A stretch of DNA of 64,000 nt from Eledone cirrhosa. Lineage: Eukaryota. The notes under the pieces were generated by a model. It saw only the letters and a list, made by a program, of their open reading frames with translations, had not been told where the DNA came from and searched no databases. Positions 30,069 through 50,927 of this stretch are shown piece after piece (positions within the stretch are counted from its first letter, which is position 1; every line of letters starts with the position of its first letter). The stretch lies in NCBI GenBank assembly GCA_964016885.1, contig OZ024741.1:85498001-85562000 (forward strand). Reading direction: 5' to 3'. The translations under genes and the position numbers were made by a program.

Positions 30069-30106
<38 letters not shown>

Positions 30107-30478
30107 AGGAAGTTATAGTTCACTTGAAGCATTGTGTAATGAGGTATAAACGTTTGTATATGTATAATAAAGCCAAAACAATGCAGGTATGGACATAGAA
30201 TAAAGAATGTAAATGCAAAAGATATTATTGACAATTAGTCTTTTACCTTAGATTTATTTAAATGTCCTTAATTTTCGAGATAATATCTCTTCTTCGGAGG
30301 GAAGTAAAGCGGTTAAACCGAACAGTGGTTTAACCGCTTTACTTCCCTCCGAAAATTAAGGACATTTAAATAAATCTAAGGTAAAAGACTAATTGTCAAC
30401 AATATCTTTTGCATTTGCATTCTTTATTCTATGTCCATACCTGCATTGTTTTGGCTTTATTATACATATACAAACGTT

Positions 30479-32734
<2,256 letters not shown>

Positions 32735-32759
32735 GTATATGTATGTATGTATATATATG

Positions 32760-32815
<56 letters not shown>

Positions 32816-33384
32816 TATGTATATATATATGTATGTAAAAGCTAAACAGAAATAACAACACAATCGGTACAGTATATGGAAGGTATATATTAGGTTAACG
32901 TTTGATATAGCGGGAAGAAGGTATTAACGTTTCGGACGCTAGTCCTTCATCAGAAGAAAGAATGAGAAATAAAATAGATTGAGGAGACGGGCGGATTGGA
33001 ATTGGAAAAAATGTATTTAGATAAAAATAACATGTCCATTCATGTTGACATCTCCTGAAAAACTGTTGGTGCTGGCGTTTTGTGTATTATTTGTTTTTTA
33101 GAAAAGTGGATGATGGCAGGCGTCTACCTGAAATGAAAAAAAAACGTTTTGTAAAAAGAGCTATACTTGAGCATGTGCGTAAGCATGAGTTAGTGTGTGT
33201 GTGTGTGTGTCTTATTATAGGTCCGTACGAAGCTAAGAAGAAATGTGTGTGTATATGTGAGTAAAAGAGTGTGTGTGCATGTAAGTACGAAGCTATGAGC
33301 AAAAGTATGTTAATATAAGGGTGTGTATCGGCATGTATTAGTAGTAAGAGAAGCTGCTAATGATCAAGAGAAAGCTATAGGAAT

Positions 33385-33439
<55 letters not shown>

Positions 33440-34309
33440 AAAATGTTTGACCCCGACGGCAGAGCTCAAGCCGTTTCGACAGCTAATTCTGGACTAGAAA
33501 TAGCCGTCGAAACGGCTTGAGATCTGCGTCGGGGTCAAACATTTTCCTATTCCCCACTCTACTACCCTAAGTATTGAGTACTCTGGTGCGTTATGGTCCA
33601 TCTGGTTCCTTACCACTCTTCCTTCGTTATCTACTATATAAATTGGAAGTGGTCGGACGTTGTATATGTAGGTGTAGTCGGATAAACGTCGAAATGGCTT
33701 GGTGGAATGCAGCGAAAATTTACACACTTATGCAGACCCGCGGAGGCGTTGGGTCGACTTTCAAGCTACAAGCTTTCATGGTTACGGAGTAAATCGATGA
33801 AACCGGAATTTCCCATTCAAATTGAACTGAGAATAATCTGTGAACGCAGAAGTAATTATTTCGAGAAACGCTGCAACCGAACGAAAACAGGAAGACGATA
33901 TTTTTGTTCGTGAAGACGTTCCCTGGCAATGAACGGGAAAAAAGCGAGGATAATACGTCGTTATGTGGGACGAAAAGAACAATGTCATGCAAAGACAAGA
34001 CCAAGTTTATGGTATAAATGGAGTCGTTAGACTAATATTCTATTTAAAATAACAGAATGATTTCCAGCCCCGGAGTTTAAGAATGATGTAAATAAAATTG
34101 AAAACGAAAATGACAGAGGTTATTAAAATAGTAAAAGTAAATAGTGAAGATTTAGGCCAGTACATGCCCCGACGGACATACACATACATACGCAAATACA
34201 CACACACATAGGCGCGCGCGTATAGTTTTCGAAGCAGCACTGAAGTATTGACATAAATGGTACACACAACTGCTATTTAATACTCGAGCAACGCCGGCTA
34301 CCTCTGCTA

Positions 34310-34374
<65 letters not shown>

Positions 34375-37300
34375 GGGGGGGCGTGTGTGTATATAAACTT
34401 CTCTATATATATGCGTGTGTGTGTGTGTCTGTGTGTGTATGCGTGTGTGTTGTGTATTATCAGAAAATGCACACAGATAAATAGTTATATAAGACGAACA
34501 AACAGCGGCATCTCTACCTTTTAAACCACCATGCAGCATGCAATTTCGCATATTAGGTTGGTATTGTACATCTAATGCCAGTTTGCGTAACAGATTAGAC
34601 AGCCGCTCTGTTGGCGATATGCATGTAAGACAATAACAAAACAAATCGACAGAAAATTTTACAGGTTTCTTTCGACAAAAACAGAAATAGAAATATTAAA
34701 GTTTTACGCCTAGAAATAAATAGACAAGGGATATAGCATGTCAAATGTGCATCTTGTTAACACAGGAATATATTGAAAATATAGTCTTTCTTCAAAAGAA
34801 TGGCGAGCTTAATAAAATGCGTCCGTTACATACTAAGATTGAGAATTAAGACAGAAAGACGGGATGAGGGAAAGGAAAAAGAAATGAGTGAAACAAAGGG
34901 AATTCATGGAAGAGGGAGGAAGAGAGAGAGGGGGTCGAGAGAGAACAAAGAAGAAATAGAAAGAAAATCTTATTGTGTCCACAAGAGTGTTAGCTACAAA
35001 GCTTGGCTAGAAGTGGTTCTGCCACAGCTGAACACATTGCTGTGCTTCCTTATTAAACTCTGCCAAGTCCAATGCTGTGCAGGGGTGTTGCATCAGGGGG
35101 CATATCAGGAGGTGCTGCGTAGTCTGTGATTCGCAGTCACACACGACGTTCTCGTCCTTTAAATATCCCCATTTTAAATATCCCAGATTTTAATCTGTTG
35201 AGGAATTTCCACACTGCATAGTTTGAATCTGCTCCAGGGGGCAGTGCCTTGCTCACCTTTAGCTCCATTGTTGTTACAGATGGAAGGTCAAGTTTTTCTT
35301 CCTAGTCAGTGACTCTTTCACTACTTATGTTAGATGTTCCAAAGGGTGTAACACTCTTTAGGAAACCTTTAGAGGATTTAAGGTGGTTTTTTTGCTGGCA
35401 CATGGCCGAAGAGAGGATGTGTTTTATCTGTAGTCTGTTGTTGACGCTCTTTCTTGCTTGCAGCACTTTGTCGTATCTCTGGTGGGGCTATGGCTGCCAG
35501 GTTATGCAGACAGTCAGTATGTCAGGCAGCCTGTGATGAGGCGACAGCTAACATTGAGGGCGGAATCTAGCTTCTGGGCATGGACAGCTCGCCGCCATAC
35601 TGGGCATGCATACTCGGTAGCTGAGTAACAGAGAGCTAGTGCAGTTGACTTCAGAGTTTGCACCCCAGGTTGTACCAGTGAGCCTGTGGGTGATGTTGTT
35701 CCTCACATTCACTTTGCACTTGGTCTTCTCAATGTGGATCTTAAAAGAGAGACACCTGTTCAGGGTTACACCTAGATAGACTGGGTGCTCACTGAAAGTA
35801 AGGTTAAAGTAATGCAAATAGAAACCGTGGCCGAGAAAAAGACGTGTAGCATCATATACAAATAAATATACAATCAGTAGAAAATGCACACATAAAAACA
35901 GATGCGCATGACGAACAGACAACTGCATCTCTACATCATCAGCCACCTTGCATACGAGCAATATCGCGCATTGGGGTGGTATTGCACTTGTAATGCCAGA
36001 TTGCACAACAGACTCGAAAACAGCTTGTTTATGACATGCATGTGAGGTGACAACAAATCAAAAAATGGACGGAAAAGTTTTACGGGCATCCTTCGACAGA
36101 AAACATAGAGAGAGACGGGAGAGAAACACACGTAGACTCAAGCACACACACACATACACACACATATCACAAAATATATATTAAAATAAACTCAATCTTA
36201 TTATACCATAATGAATATTAAGGGCTAAAATCCAAAATTTGAGAACATCATTTACAAATTCTTTTTTAGGTATAATATTTGTTTTACTTTTGGCACAAGG
36301 CCAGCAATTAACCTACTGCATTACTGGTATTTTATTTTATCGACCAGTCAGGATGAAAGGCAAAGCTAACCTCGGCAGGATTTGAGCTCAGAACATAAAG
36401 GGCCAAAGCACTATGTGGCAAAGCATGGTGTCTGACGCTCTACCGATACTGTTAATCCACCACCCATTTTTTTTTTAGGTGTAATAATACATATATATAG
36501 TAGAAGAAAGTATAGTAAGCAAAAGTACATTGTAACTGACACCATTAAACAAAAAAGGCCGTGAAAGCATGTGGCAGGTGTTCTGTCGTGAAAAATGTGG
36601 CTGATGTTATGTTTACTTAACATCTAATAAGCGTCTACCCTCGAATCGGGTAGTTACTAGTAATCCTATCTTTTGTATCTGTATATGTTCTATCGCTAGT
36701 TGGGTACATACAACTTTGAAAAAGATTACTATATACAGCAGGCTTGAACATATCCGTAGATAGGGAGGAGGCTATATTATTTTCCACCTGGCCTAGGCTT
36801 ATTACAAGCCTTGCACATTTCTGATGAAGTAAGATGTATTTTTCGTCACTATTTGCACTGGGAATACAAATAGTGGCCTGGTTTATCATCACCATTGCAC
36901 CGGGTCTGCAAATTGTGGAGATATATTTACGTCTGAATTGAGAGAGAATCAATATGACTTCGACTGAGCAGACATATGACTGCGTCACCTGGCAACAGGT
37001 GGTGGAGGAGAAAATAGAAAATACGATTAGAACTGTCATGCATTCGAACTTTTTGACCTCATCTATTATGATACGAAGTCATGATTTGAATTTGTGACCT
37101 CAGATCTTGTTAGAAAATCAGGTTAAACCTGTTACCTGTTGAAATATATATATAAATTTGAGTATGTGTTGGTTATTTACCAAGACTTCAGTATGCAGGG
37201 TAGAACACTCAACGAAGTACGCAGATGGTGTAATTTAAAAACAAGAAGTGTAATTCAACAGGTCAAAATTAACTTCACTGTCATATATATTTCGGTGATA

Positions 37301-37875
37301 ACCATTATTCAACAGCTATGACCTCATCAGACAGCTAGAACCTGAACAGAAAAAACCCCAGAAAAACAGAAAAACAAAGTTTACCTCTGTTATTTCGATC
37401 TTTTGATATGCCCAGTCCCGAAGTATGGTGTTGTTTCCTCAAGGAACTGGTGACATATGATTTAGAATGAACGAATTCAAGCATCAGTAAAATTTACCGT
37501 CCTCTCATTGGTCAGATTGTCTCACTATTCCAATACGAAGTCTATTGGATTACTTTGGTAAGTTGTCCTGGAATTAGGTCAGTCGGTTAGGGTTGCTTTT
37601 AGCAACCAACTATTCTAACTGTAGAAGAAACAAGGGGCTGTGTGGTTACTTGATAAAATGTATTTAGAAATAAAAGGAAAGCACAAACGAGGGACAGTCC
37701 TTTCTTCAGCTGTCTGCAGGAGGTCACCGACATTTCAACGCATTCAAGACACCTAGGATGGGTGCATGTCTATACACGCACGTGTGAATATTAGTATATA
37801 TACGTATAGATACATGTGTGGGTCGATGTGTGGATGTACATGTGTATGTGTATGTGTGTGCGTTTCTGTGCGTAC

Positions 37876-37930
<55 letters not shown>

Positions 37931-38032
37931 TATATATACATGTATATGTATGTATATATGTATGTATGTGTATATATGCATGTGTTTATGTATATATGTG
38001 GGTATATGTATATATATATATGTGTGTGTGTG

Positions 38033-38155
<123 letters not shown>

Positions 38156-38966
38156 ATTTGTGTATATGTGCGTATATATATATATATATATATATTACAG
38201 TCTCGCTCGTTCCCCTTTTTACGTGTCCCAACGACTTTCTTTAGCCGTTGCTCGCACCAGCCGGAGGTATATGGTCTTTAAAGCGATGAAATACCAATGA
38301 ACGTTGGAAGATCACTGATGAAGGGCTAACTTTATTCATATGTAACCCAGTTGCAACCACGCAGCACGTTTGTTTTCATATTCACACATATATTTTCCTC
38401 CGTTGTGACCCGTCTATTTCGTTCTTACTGCTTCCTCTTTCTCTGTATATTTACCCTCTCTAACAGTCACTCTCTCTGTTAGCCTCTTCCTCACCCTTCA
38501 CTCACTCACTCACTCTCTGCTTCTACCTCTCCTACTTCCTCCCGTTTGACCTTACGTAATTCTTTTCTCGCGCACGCTTGACCAGGCTGGTTGTTCCTTT
38601 TTTCTCTCTTGTCTACGATTTCACAGAACTTATGTTCACCAAATTCAGGGACTAGACTCCTTCTACCTCCCGTTTGACCTGTGCGGAATTCCTTCCTTGC
38701 TCACATTTCGACTAGGTTTGATGGTCTTTATTCTCTCTCGTTCACGATTTCACCGAACTTATATTTATGGAAATCTGGAACTTGACTCTTTCTTCCTCAC
38801 TTTCCGTTGCATTACCATCTTTGTTTGTTTACAGTCTCGCTCGTCCCCCTTATTTACGTGTCCCAACGACTTTCTTTAGCCGTTGCTCGCACCAACCGAA
38901 GGTATATTGTCTTTAAAGCGATGAAATACCAATGAAGGTTGGAAGATTACTGATGAAGGACTAACT

Positions 38967-39015
<49 letters not shown>

Positions 39016-39814
39016 GAAAAATTGAACAGGGACAGAACAGAGAGGCAGTACGATAAATGTTTATTAAATTCACGCTCAGGAGAGTGGCGGGCTATTTTAT
39101 TCATAGAATTTTCCATATCAGTTGTGACCCGTCATCTCTCTCCCCCTTCTCCCTCTTTCTCCATCTTACTTTCGCTCACCCCCTCTGCTAGTCACCTTCT
39201 CTCTGCTATCCTGCCACTATAACTATCTCTTTCTCGCTTCCTCTTATTTTCACTCACTCCCCCTCTGCTAGTCACCCTCTCTCCGCTAGCTCACTTCCTC
39301 CCTCGTCCGCCACTGCAAGCAGTCTCTTTTCTCGCTCACACTGCTGCAGTCAAAAGACGTGTCTGCTCTCTCGTCACACTTGCTACGACTTACTTATATC
39401 CAAAAAAAGGTTTGCTGACTTGATATTTTTCCTCTCTTTACGTTACTTTTCGTGTCTGTTTACGATTTTTTCTCGCCCCTCCCCTCCCGCCTTTTTATCC
39501 TAATAACTTATTTTAGTTATTGTTCGCACTAGGTTGAGATATACTGTCGCTAACACGAAGAAATATCGATGATTCCTAGCAGACAACTGATGATGGATAT
39601 TACCCTCTTTCGCCCGTAACGTTTTATTTTCATTGTGGATTGGCTATATCGGTAGAGCGTCGGACGCCATGCTTTGCAGCAAAGAGTTACGGCCCTTTAT
39701 GGTCTGAGTTCAAATCCCGCCGAAGTTAGCTTTGCCTTTCATCCCTACGGGGTCGATAAAATAAAGTACCAGTAATATACTGGAATTTGCTGGCCTTGTG
39801 CCAAAAGTAGAAAC

Positions 39815-39867
<53 letters not shown>

Positions 39868-39963
39868 TGGGTGTATATTTATCTACTTATTTATATATGG
39901 ATGTATGGGTGTGCACGTGTATTTTTTTGGATGTACACATATGGCGCGTATACATATATGCCC

Positions 39964-39997
<34 letters not shown>

Positions 39998-40008
39998 ATA
40001 TATATATG

Positions 40009-40076
<68 letters not shown>

Positions 40077-40136
40077 CATATATATATATATACATATACA
40101 TATATATATATATACATATATATATACATATACATA

Positions 40137-40168
<32 letters not shown>

Positions 40169-40207
40169 CATACATATATATATTTATACATATATATATA
40201 TACATAC

Positions 40208-40256
<49 letters not shown>

Positions 40257-41541
40257 CAGACATATATATATATATGTATATATATACACACACACACATA
40301 CAGACGCATTCGTACACATACGCAGACACACACATATAGATACATATATATGTAAATCGACACGGGCATATATGTATACGCGCCATATGTGTACATCCAT
40401 AAAAAAAAATATATATATTCTTGGCGTTTTTAATTTTTAATATTGACATCTGTTGTCTATTCTATGCTTGATCGATAATCATGCAAGTGAGGCAGGAATA
40501 TTACTTTAAATGTTAATGTATATCTTATTTATTTTATGTCTATATATATGTATATATGTATGTAGATATATGTAGGGTGGAATCTTTTGTAATGCAATGA
40601 AGATTTTCATGAAATATAAGAATCTGTGGAGCATATCACGTAGGTTCACATGTGTGTCTATATTTATCAACTTGAATTTGAGATAACCTTCTCTTTTCTC
40701 TTTTTCTTTTTTCATGAGAATGCATATATACTTATGTTTGAAGTTTTATCTCAGATTTTGCTTATAGACCTAAGAATTTTTAAACTAAGCATGTGGTCAT
40801 TTTTTCACACATTATGGATATGTGTCTCATTCATGAATACTGATATTTACATTATAATACCTAATTCATAAAAATTGATAATTCAAATGGATGACATAAT
40901 ATATTTTTAATATATTTTAAATATATCATCTTTCTTTCTTTTTCTCCTCTACACTGGACGTAATTTATGTGTCGGCTAGTTTAACTGTATCCCTTCCCTC
41001 CTTAACCTCTCACATATACGATGATCATCTGTCCAAAAGCTGCCTACTATATTTTTTCACTTCCTCAATGTATTTCTCTCTCCCATATCTCCTTCTCTCT
41101 CTATCTCGCTCTGTTGTTTTTCTTTACATACATCTCTTCATCTTCTTCTTTTTTTATTTACATACATCTCTTCATCTTCTTCTTTTCATCTTCGTTTTTC
41201 TTTCTATATAACTGTCATAACAGTTTCACTACCAAATCAACTTTTTAAATAGAAGTTGCATTATTATAAGGTATGTAAAAATTATTTATAAAACAGCTTA
41301 TGTATTGTATTTTGTCTGAGGAAGGCATACCATATTTTTAATATGATATCCCAGAAATATATATAACGAAATAAATATGGTTTTATAAATATAGGTTCCA
41401 TTTGTTTAATATCGTAAACCTACTCCAGAAACTGTTGAGTGCTTTTATATCAGTTATAAAATATTTACTCGTTGTAACCCAACAATTTTAAATATAACTT
41501 TTGCATATATATATATGTATATATATGTATATATATATATA

Positions 41542-41656
<115 letters not shown>

Positions 41657-42920
41657 GTTGAACTAGGAATATTGGATCCTCCGTCAATGTCTGGGTGAGC
41701 AAAAATAGATTTCTATCTGCATTGGAATTTACGAACTTGTGCATCTGCTGTGGTGTCAAAAACAAACGCGCATGACCGCACAGATAAACAATGGACTATG
41801 CCACGTGGCTTGAACCTGTAAGTGAATTGAAGGTTCTGTAACTCTGATACACAGATTATTTATTATTAAACTTGACATAACTATTATCATGTTATATTCT
41901 CTCAACTAATCACATTTGATCATATTTCTCTATCCCGTTTTCTCCCCCCATAATTATTATATTTTTATTTTTATTTGAAAAAATCGTTTTTTTTACATTG
42001 TGTTTTCCCTCTAAATATTCGCTTATATTCCTTATATATTCTCTATATATTTTTTTACATATATATATTTTTTATCTTTATTATTTCCACTTTTATCCTC
42101 CTTTATATTTGACCTTATTCTTACTTTTATACCTTATTATAGTGTAATCTTCCCCATGCCTTATTATACACTATTAATTATAGATTATTATTATTACTCT
42201 TTTTCCATTTCTAATTACCTCATGTACTTTCTCCTCCGCTATATATATATATATATAGTGTATGCCCTTTGTGTTTGTGTAGCCTCTGCACACCCTCTGC
42301 ACCATACTATCGACGCCACCCCATCTATGGTTCAGCTAACCACTCGACTCCCGGGAATGAATATGACCGCAGCTAGTAAACAAGGACCCACACCCCACCC
42401 TCCCGCACCAAAATTAGACTTATCGTCCCCTACTTTTGCTCTTTACTCTCTTTACTCTTTGTTCTTGAATGTTTGGTTGGTAGAGTCCATAACATCAATC
42501 AAACCCCTTTTATAGCTCTGACGAATCCTACGGTTACGTAAGGAAGAAACATTGTAAGCCAATAAAAATCTTTTGATGTTGTAGACGCTCTTGTGTTCTT
42601 TTTCATATATACGGCTCTGCTCCAAAGCATAGAGCTAATTATTATGCTGCCAATACCTTAATGGGACACGGGTATACAATACCTAACTCCTATTAACCTA
42701 AGTATTTATATATATATATATATATAACGAAGGAAATGTGGTAAGGAGCCAGGTGGACCATAACGCACCAAAGTACTCAATACTTAGGGTAGTAGAGTGG
42801 GTAATAGGAACGAGTAAGACCCCGACGGCTGAGCTCAAGCCGTTTCGACGGCTAATTCTGGACTAGTCCAGAATTAGCCGTCGAAACGGCTTGAGCTTAG
42901 CCGTCGGGGTCCTACTCGTT

Positions 42921-42967
<47 letters not shown>

Positions 42968-42969
42968 AT

Positions 42970-43970
42970 CATCATCATCATCATCGTTTAACGTCCATAT
43001 TCCACGCTTGCGTGGTACCTGGGTGACAAAATCAGCAGTCAGGGAGGGTGCTCTGAAAGTACAGTAGCTAGAGTCAGAACTGGATGGAAAAAGTTCAGAG
43101 AGCTTATACTACTATTAGCCTCTAAAGGGTTCTCCCTAAAAATGAAAGGCAGGTTATACGATGCCTGCATACGAACAGCAATGTTGCATGGCAGTGAGAC
43201 CTGGGCATTGTGTGCAGAGGATATACGCAGACTAGAGAGGAACGACGCTTACATGCTCCGCTGGATGTGTAATAGTAATATACGTGAACGGCAAAGCATT
43301 AACGAACTAAGGGAAAAATTAGAAATAAGAGGGATCAGATGTTGTTTACTGGAGAGAAGGCTACGTTGGTATGGTCACGTGATGCGCATGAAAGACGACA
43401 GCTGTATAAAAAAGTGCAGGGCAATAAAAATAGACGGTAGCCACGGAGTAGGCAGACCCAGAAAAACCTGGGACGACTTGATAAATTCCGACCTCACACA
43501 CTTACACCTCTCCAAGACAATTTTACTGGACCTAGATCTTTGGCGGTACTCGGTAATAGAGAAGACCCGCCTTACCTAAATACAAAATAAAACCTACTAC
43601 AGTCAGTAGGCACCTCTAACAAAATACACCCCCGTCCCACTACCCCCACCCCATCCACACCGCCCCTTTCAATGTAAAGTTATGTTGGTACCACAACATC
43701 CAGGCCGAAACAAATGAGGTCGTGTAGGTGTCACGACAAAAAAAACACACAGTCTACGCTGTAATGTGGCCGTGTAGGTAACACGGTAAAAACCTCCCAG
43801 TTCCACACTGTAAATGTGGTTGGTGTTAGGAAGGGCATCCAGCCGTAGAAAATCTGCCAGACAGTCCTATGCGAGCAAGACAACCACTCTTGCCTCAAGT
43901 GGGAAAACTCCCGTCCAAACCCACGCAAGCGTGGAATATGAACGTTATACGGTGATGATGATGATGATGA

Positions 43971-43972
<2 letters not shown>
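42970..43972 (+). mobile_element. Duplicate RTE 3' fragment (CGA instead of the TGA stop in copy 1)
   Basis: ORF 43142-43579 matches 28939-29337. Confidence 0.88.
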
Positions 43973-44047
<75 letters not shown>

Positions 44048-44049
<2 letters not shown>

Positions 44050-44745
44050 GGGCTAACAAATAATAGTTAAATGCAGTCCACTTATGGTATTCCAGGTAGT
44101 GGATGATATTAACGCTTGGCTTGGTTTGACTCAACAAGGCGTTTTCATAGTGATGCTGCGGGTATGCTGTAATTCCTATGTTGTAAACACTTGAAGTAAT
44201 AATAAATCAGGAAAGAAGGTTGACATGGTTTGCTATACAAAAAAAGTTTTTAATCTCATAGCTGACAATTGTTTCTCTGAACTGGTAGGTCTAGAGATCG
44301 CTATTCGCTTATTTTCACGTTACTCGATCGCCAATACAAAATTATAACCAGTCAGATCTTCGGAGCATGCGAGAATGAAGAGAATACACAAGCAAGAAAA
44401 GAATATACAGGCTACTATATGAAGTAGTAATTAGCATTCAATTAGAACAATAACAACAATTACAACAATGCTATTAATAAATTATTTGAGGAGACCCTGA
44501 CATTACTTAGGTGGGGGGTATAATGTATCTAACATTACGGCGTGTAAAACTAGCTGTCATGAGGCAAAAGTAAGAGTTTGGCATGTACAGAGTATCGAAG
44601 TGTGTATCAATTTTAAATTATAAAGATAAGCCAGTGTTTACAGTCTTTCTTTTCATCTTCAATAGCATACATGAGTGGGACGACACTGTCAAAGCTAAAT
44701 AGTTGTTGAGTTAATACAGAGGTTAACGAAGTAATATACGCATAT

Positions 44746-44833
<88 letters not shown>

Positions 44834-47800
44834 GTATATATATACACATGCATGTGTACATAGACACATACATACACATCAATATACACTCGTACAAAAA
44901 TATACATACATGCAAAGAGATAAGCGTGCTAATTGTAATTATGGCAAAAGGAAGGTAAAGTTACATTGTAGTAGTGATTTGAGAAAAACTAGGATTTAGG
45001 ATCAAATGATGGTAGCAGCTGAGAAGGAATAAGTTTGTGGGTTGATGAGGTACTTACAGACATTTGTGTGGTATAGACTTGTGAAGGATATAGTATACTT
45101 AATGAATATATTTCTGTGGGTAGTAGGTATCCTAATTTAAATCTATGTTGTGTTGGTTCGATTCACGGAGGTTTGAATCTTATGAATTTAGTGGCAATTC
45201 TATGTCTGCAGAAGATAGATCTTTCTAACTTATTGTTAAGTAGCCTTTTTACATTTTTGAGGATATATAATAGCTCAAGATCACATAGCCCGCAGTGGGA
45301 CATCCTTGTACTATAGGTTTTAGCAGCCGACAACTTCAACCAGTTGATACTGTAGTTAGTGCTGCTGTCCTTCAGTTCCCATATTTTTTTTGGCGAGGGT
45401 TGTGGAACCCATAAGTGCACGGTTTTTCATTGAGTGTCTGTGCACATACCATCTTTTTTTAAAAGAACCCGCGGTGGATCCTATGTAATTCCAGGTGGAG
45501 TTACCCGAGACGACCGTGCACATGTACACTAGGCTCGAATCGAGACATCTGTTCGCCAATGGGCACCTATCTGGTAGGTGACAGTTACAGTTTGAGGCGC
45601 TATTTTGTGCAGCTTTTACATTCCTGTTTAGTACTCTGTTATAAGTGGGTTGTGATATATGCCCAATGGGGTTTTGCTGCTGCGCGTTTGTATGCGCTTG
45701 TGGTTGTGATGTTGCGATGTGTTTGTGCTTATAATTTGGTGCTACGTTATGTATAGGTGCAGTTGATTTACTAGAGATATTTCTGTGGTTGATCTTGTGT
45801 ATGTGTGATTCTATATTTGCTGCTGTTGAGTATGAGAGTTTTATAGTAGATCTATTGAGTATTTTATGATATCTATGCGAGATAGGGAAGTGTTTATCTA
45901 TTAGTTTAAAGAATGTAGAGGGCAGTCTAGTTTTTATAGAGGAGTTGAATATTGGGTTGAACCATAGGTATTTTCTTTGTCTGTTTCTTCTATTGTTTCT
46001 TGGGTTTACGTTATTAGTGTTTTGGCCATTTACTCCAGGTGTTACGTGTCTTACCCTATGTCTAGTCAAGTTATTTCTATTATTATGTGAGCGGTTGGAG
46101 TAGTAATTACTAGGATTGTTTACGTTGTCCTTATTCACTATATACTGCAGTTTATCTTTATGACCGGCCCTACGTAATGCTGCATTATAATAGTCAGCAT
46201 GCTCGTTAAAGATTTCTAGGTTTGAGGATAAGCGGGATATTCGGATAGATATACTACGTGCTATGGATCTAATTATGGATTTGGGGTGATTTGAGTTGTA
46301 ACTAATGTAGGCAAGATTTTCATTATTTTTGTGGAAAGGTTCTATTAATCCAGTATTTAGATTTAGAGTCACATCTAGAAAATTTACCTTCTTATGGTTT
46401 AGTTCGTAGGTAATACTTAGGCCTAGTTTTTTGAAGAATATTCTAATATTTTTTCTTAGTCTTTCCATGCTCTGGTTGTTTAGGTTCCTAGCTATAAGTA
46501 ACGTGTCGTCCCTATAAATTCCTCCTTGGAGGTTACTGAATTCCTTATGTAGGTTGTGTGCTATGAATAGCCCCACCATATCTGTGATTTGCGCAGAATC
46601 ATTTGATCCCATTGTTATATCGAAGCTATTTATTCTATCCTTTCTTACCCAGTAGCTATTTTCAAATTTTATGATAGTCCTTCTAGCCGCTATTATTATT
46701 TCAATTTCATCATGGGTAAGATCAGAGTTATTTTGGGCAAATATAAGCGCCTTATCTAGGGTAGCTGGGGATATGGATGCATAGTAGTCGTCTATATAAA
46801 ATTGTATGAAGTTACACGTCTCCCTATTTTGTATTTTATTGAACCATTTAATTGCCTCGTTTGTGTTGCCCCATAAATTGATATCTAGTTTACCCTTTAT
46901 TTGTGCGATTACCCTATCTAGAATATTCTTGCTAATTTTACCTATGTCTGACTTGGATGGGCATATTAATCTAATGGTGGGATTAGTTTCAAAGTTATTT
47001 TTGTGATCCTTCAGGTTAAATGTTGGGTTGCACGGGGTTAGCGGTTCGGTCCTATCTGGAATTCCGAGTTTATTAACTATCTTGAGGCCCTCCATGTTAA
47101 TGCTGGTGAGTGTAGATTCATTTGTTTTTTTATATTTTTTTTATGTAGTTCACGCTGGATAAAGCTATTGTATGTGTTAATGTCCATAGAGTATACGTTT
47201 AATGTTTTGTCTTCTTTTACTATGATACCGTTAGTGTCTTTTAGTTTTTTTAGTAATGTATTTAAGTCATTTTGCAATTTGTTGTGGTTTGTTCCTTTTT
47301 AAAATTTAGTTTCACTTATCATGTTCATAAGGTCCAGCTCGAAGGTATCGAGTGCGGGGTTGTTTGGCGGGTTTTTGCAGGATTTAAACCCGTAATTCTC
47401 CTTAGAAAATTCCTTTGCGTTGGTATTCGGTCCCTTATCGAAATGGTAAGCTTTCCATCGGACCCTGCGGATGAAATCATTAGTCCGTCGTATCATGCCC
47501 AGTGTATAGTCCTTTTTTGTAGGTATAGGTATGTTTTTCAGTGACATACCTATACGGTGCTTTTCCGTGTTGTTGCCGTGCGTTAATGGTGTTGCTCGAC
47601 CAGGTGGGAGCTAAATATACGGGGTAACAAATAATAGTTAAATGCAGTCCACTTAGGTATACTACAGTTATGGTATTCCAGGTAGTGAATGATATTAACG
47701 CTTGGCTAGGTTTGACTAAAAAAGGCGTTTTCATAGTGATGCTGCGGGTATGCTGTAATTCCTATGTTGTAAACACTTGGAGTAATAATAAATCAGGAAA

Positions 47801-48270
47801 GAAGGTTGACATGGTTTGCTATACAAAAAAGGTTTTTAATCCCATAGCTGACAATTGTTTCTCTGAACTGGTAGGTCTAGAGATCGCTATTCGCTTATTT
47901 TCACGTTACTCGATCGCCAATACAAAATTATAACCAGTCAGATCTTCGGAGCATGCGAGAATGAAGAGAATACACAGGCAAGAAAAGAATATACAGGCTA
48001 CTATATGAAGTAGTAATGGCATTCAATTAGAACAATAACAACAATTACAACAATGCTATTAATAAATTATTTGAGGAGACCCTGACATTACTTAGGTGGG
48101 GGGTATAATGTATCTAACATTACGGCGTGTAAAACTAGCTGTCATGAGGCAAAAGTAAGAGTTTGGCATGTACAGAGTATCGAAGTGTGTATCAATTTTA
48201 AATTATAAAGATAAGCCAGTGTTTACAGTCTTTCTTTTCATCTTCAATAGCATACATGAGTGGAACGACA

Positions 48271-48271
<1 letters not shown>
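44048..48271 (-). mobile_element. Near full-length Penelope-like element (RT and C-terminal GIY-YIG, likely Naiad-type) with direct pseudo-LTRs ~44048-44690 and ~47618-48271
   Basis: ORF pieces 47547-47299, 47277-47077, 47095-45356 and 45420-45163 contain RRVRWKA, LKDHKNNF..RLICPSKSDIG, MGSNDSAQITD, YRDD, NFLDVTLNL, SNHP, WFNP, CNC-x5-CPL..C, LVY..YIGST..FKKR and CGLC..E. There are about three frameshifts. Confidence 0.93.
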
Positions 48272-50653
<2,382 letters not shown>

Positions 50654-50789
50654 CATATATCACTGAGGAACTGGAATCATATAACCAGTTCCTCAGTGAA
50701 AGAACCCAACCAGGAACTGGGCATATCAGAGTATTGACAAAGTTATACACATCAACAACATATGTACTTGTCTATACACACTAATTCGG

Positions 50790-50844
50790 ACTGCCTGAAG
50801 AGGTCACAGCCAAAGATGGCTGTCACCGAAATATATATAGCAGT
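50790..50844 (+). ncRNA. Type I hammerhead ribozyme
   Basis: ACTGC-CTGAAGA-GGTcACAGCCAaagaTGGCTGTcACC-GAAA-TATATA-TA-GCAGT. Confidence 0.8.
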
Positions 50845-50895
50845 AATAAACGAGGCTAAATTTTAAACATTTGACTTATTTATTTTATTTTATTT

Positions 50896-50927
<32 letters not shown>
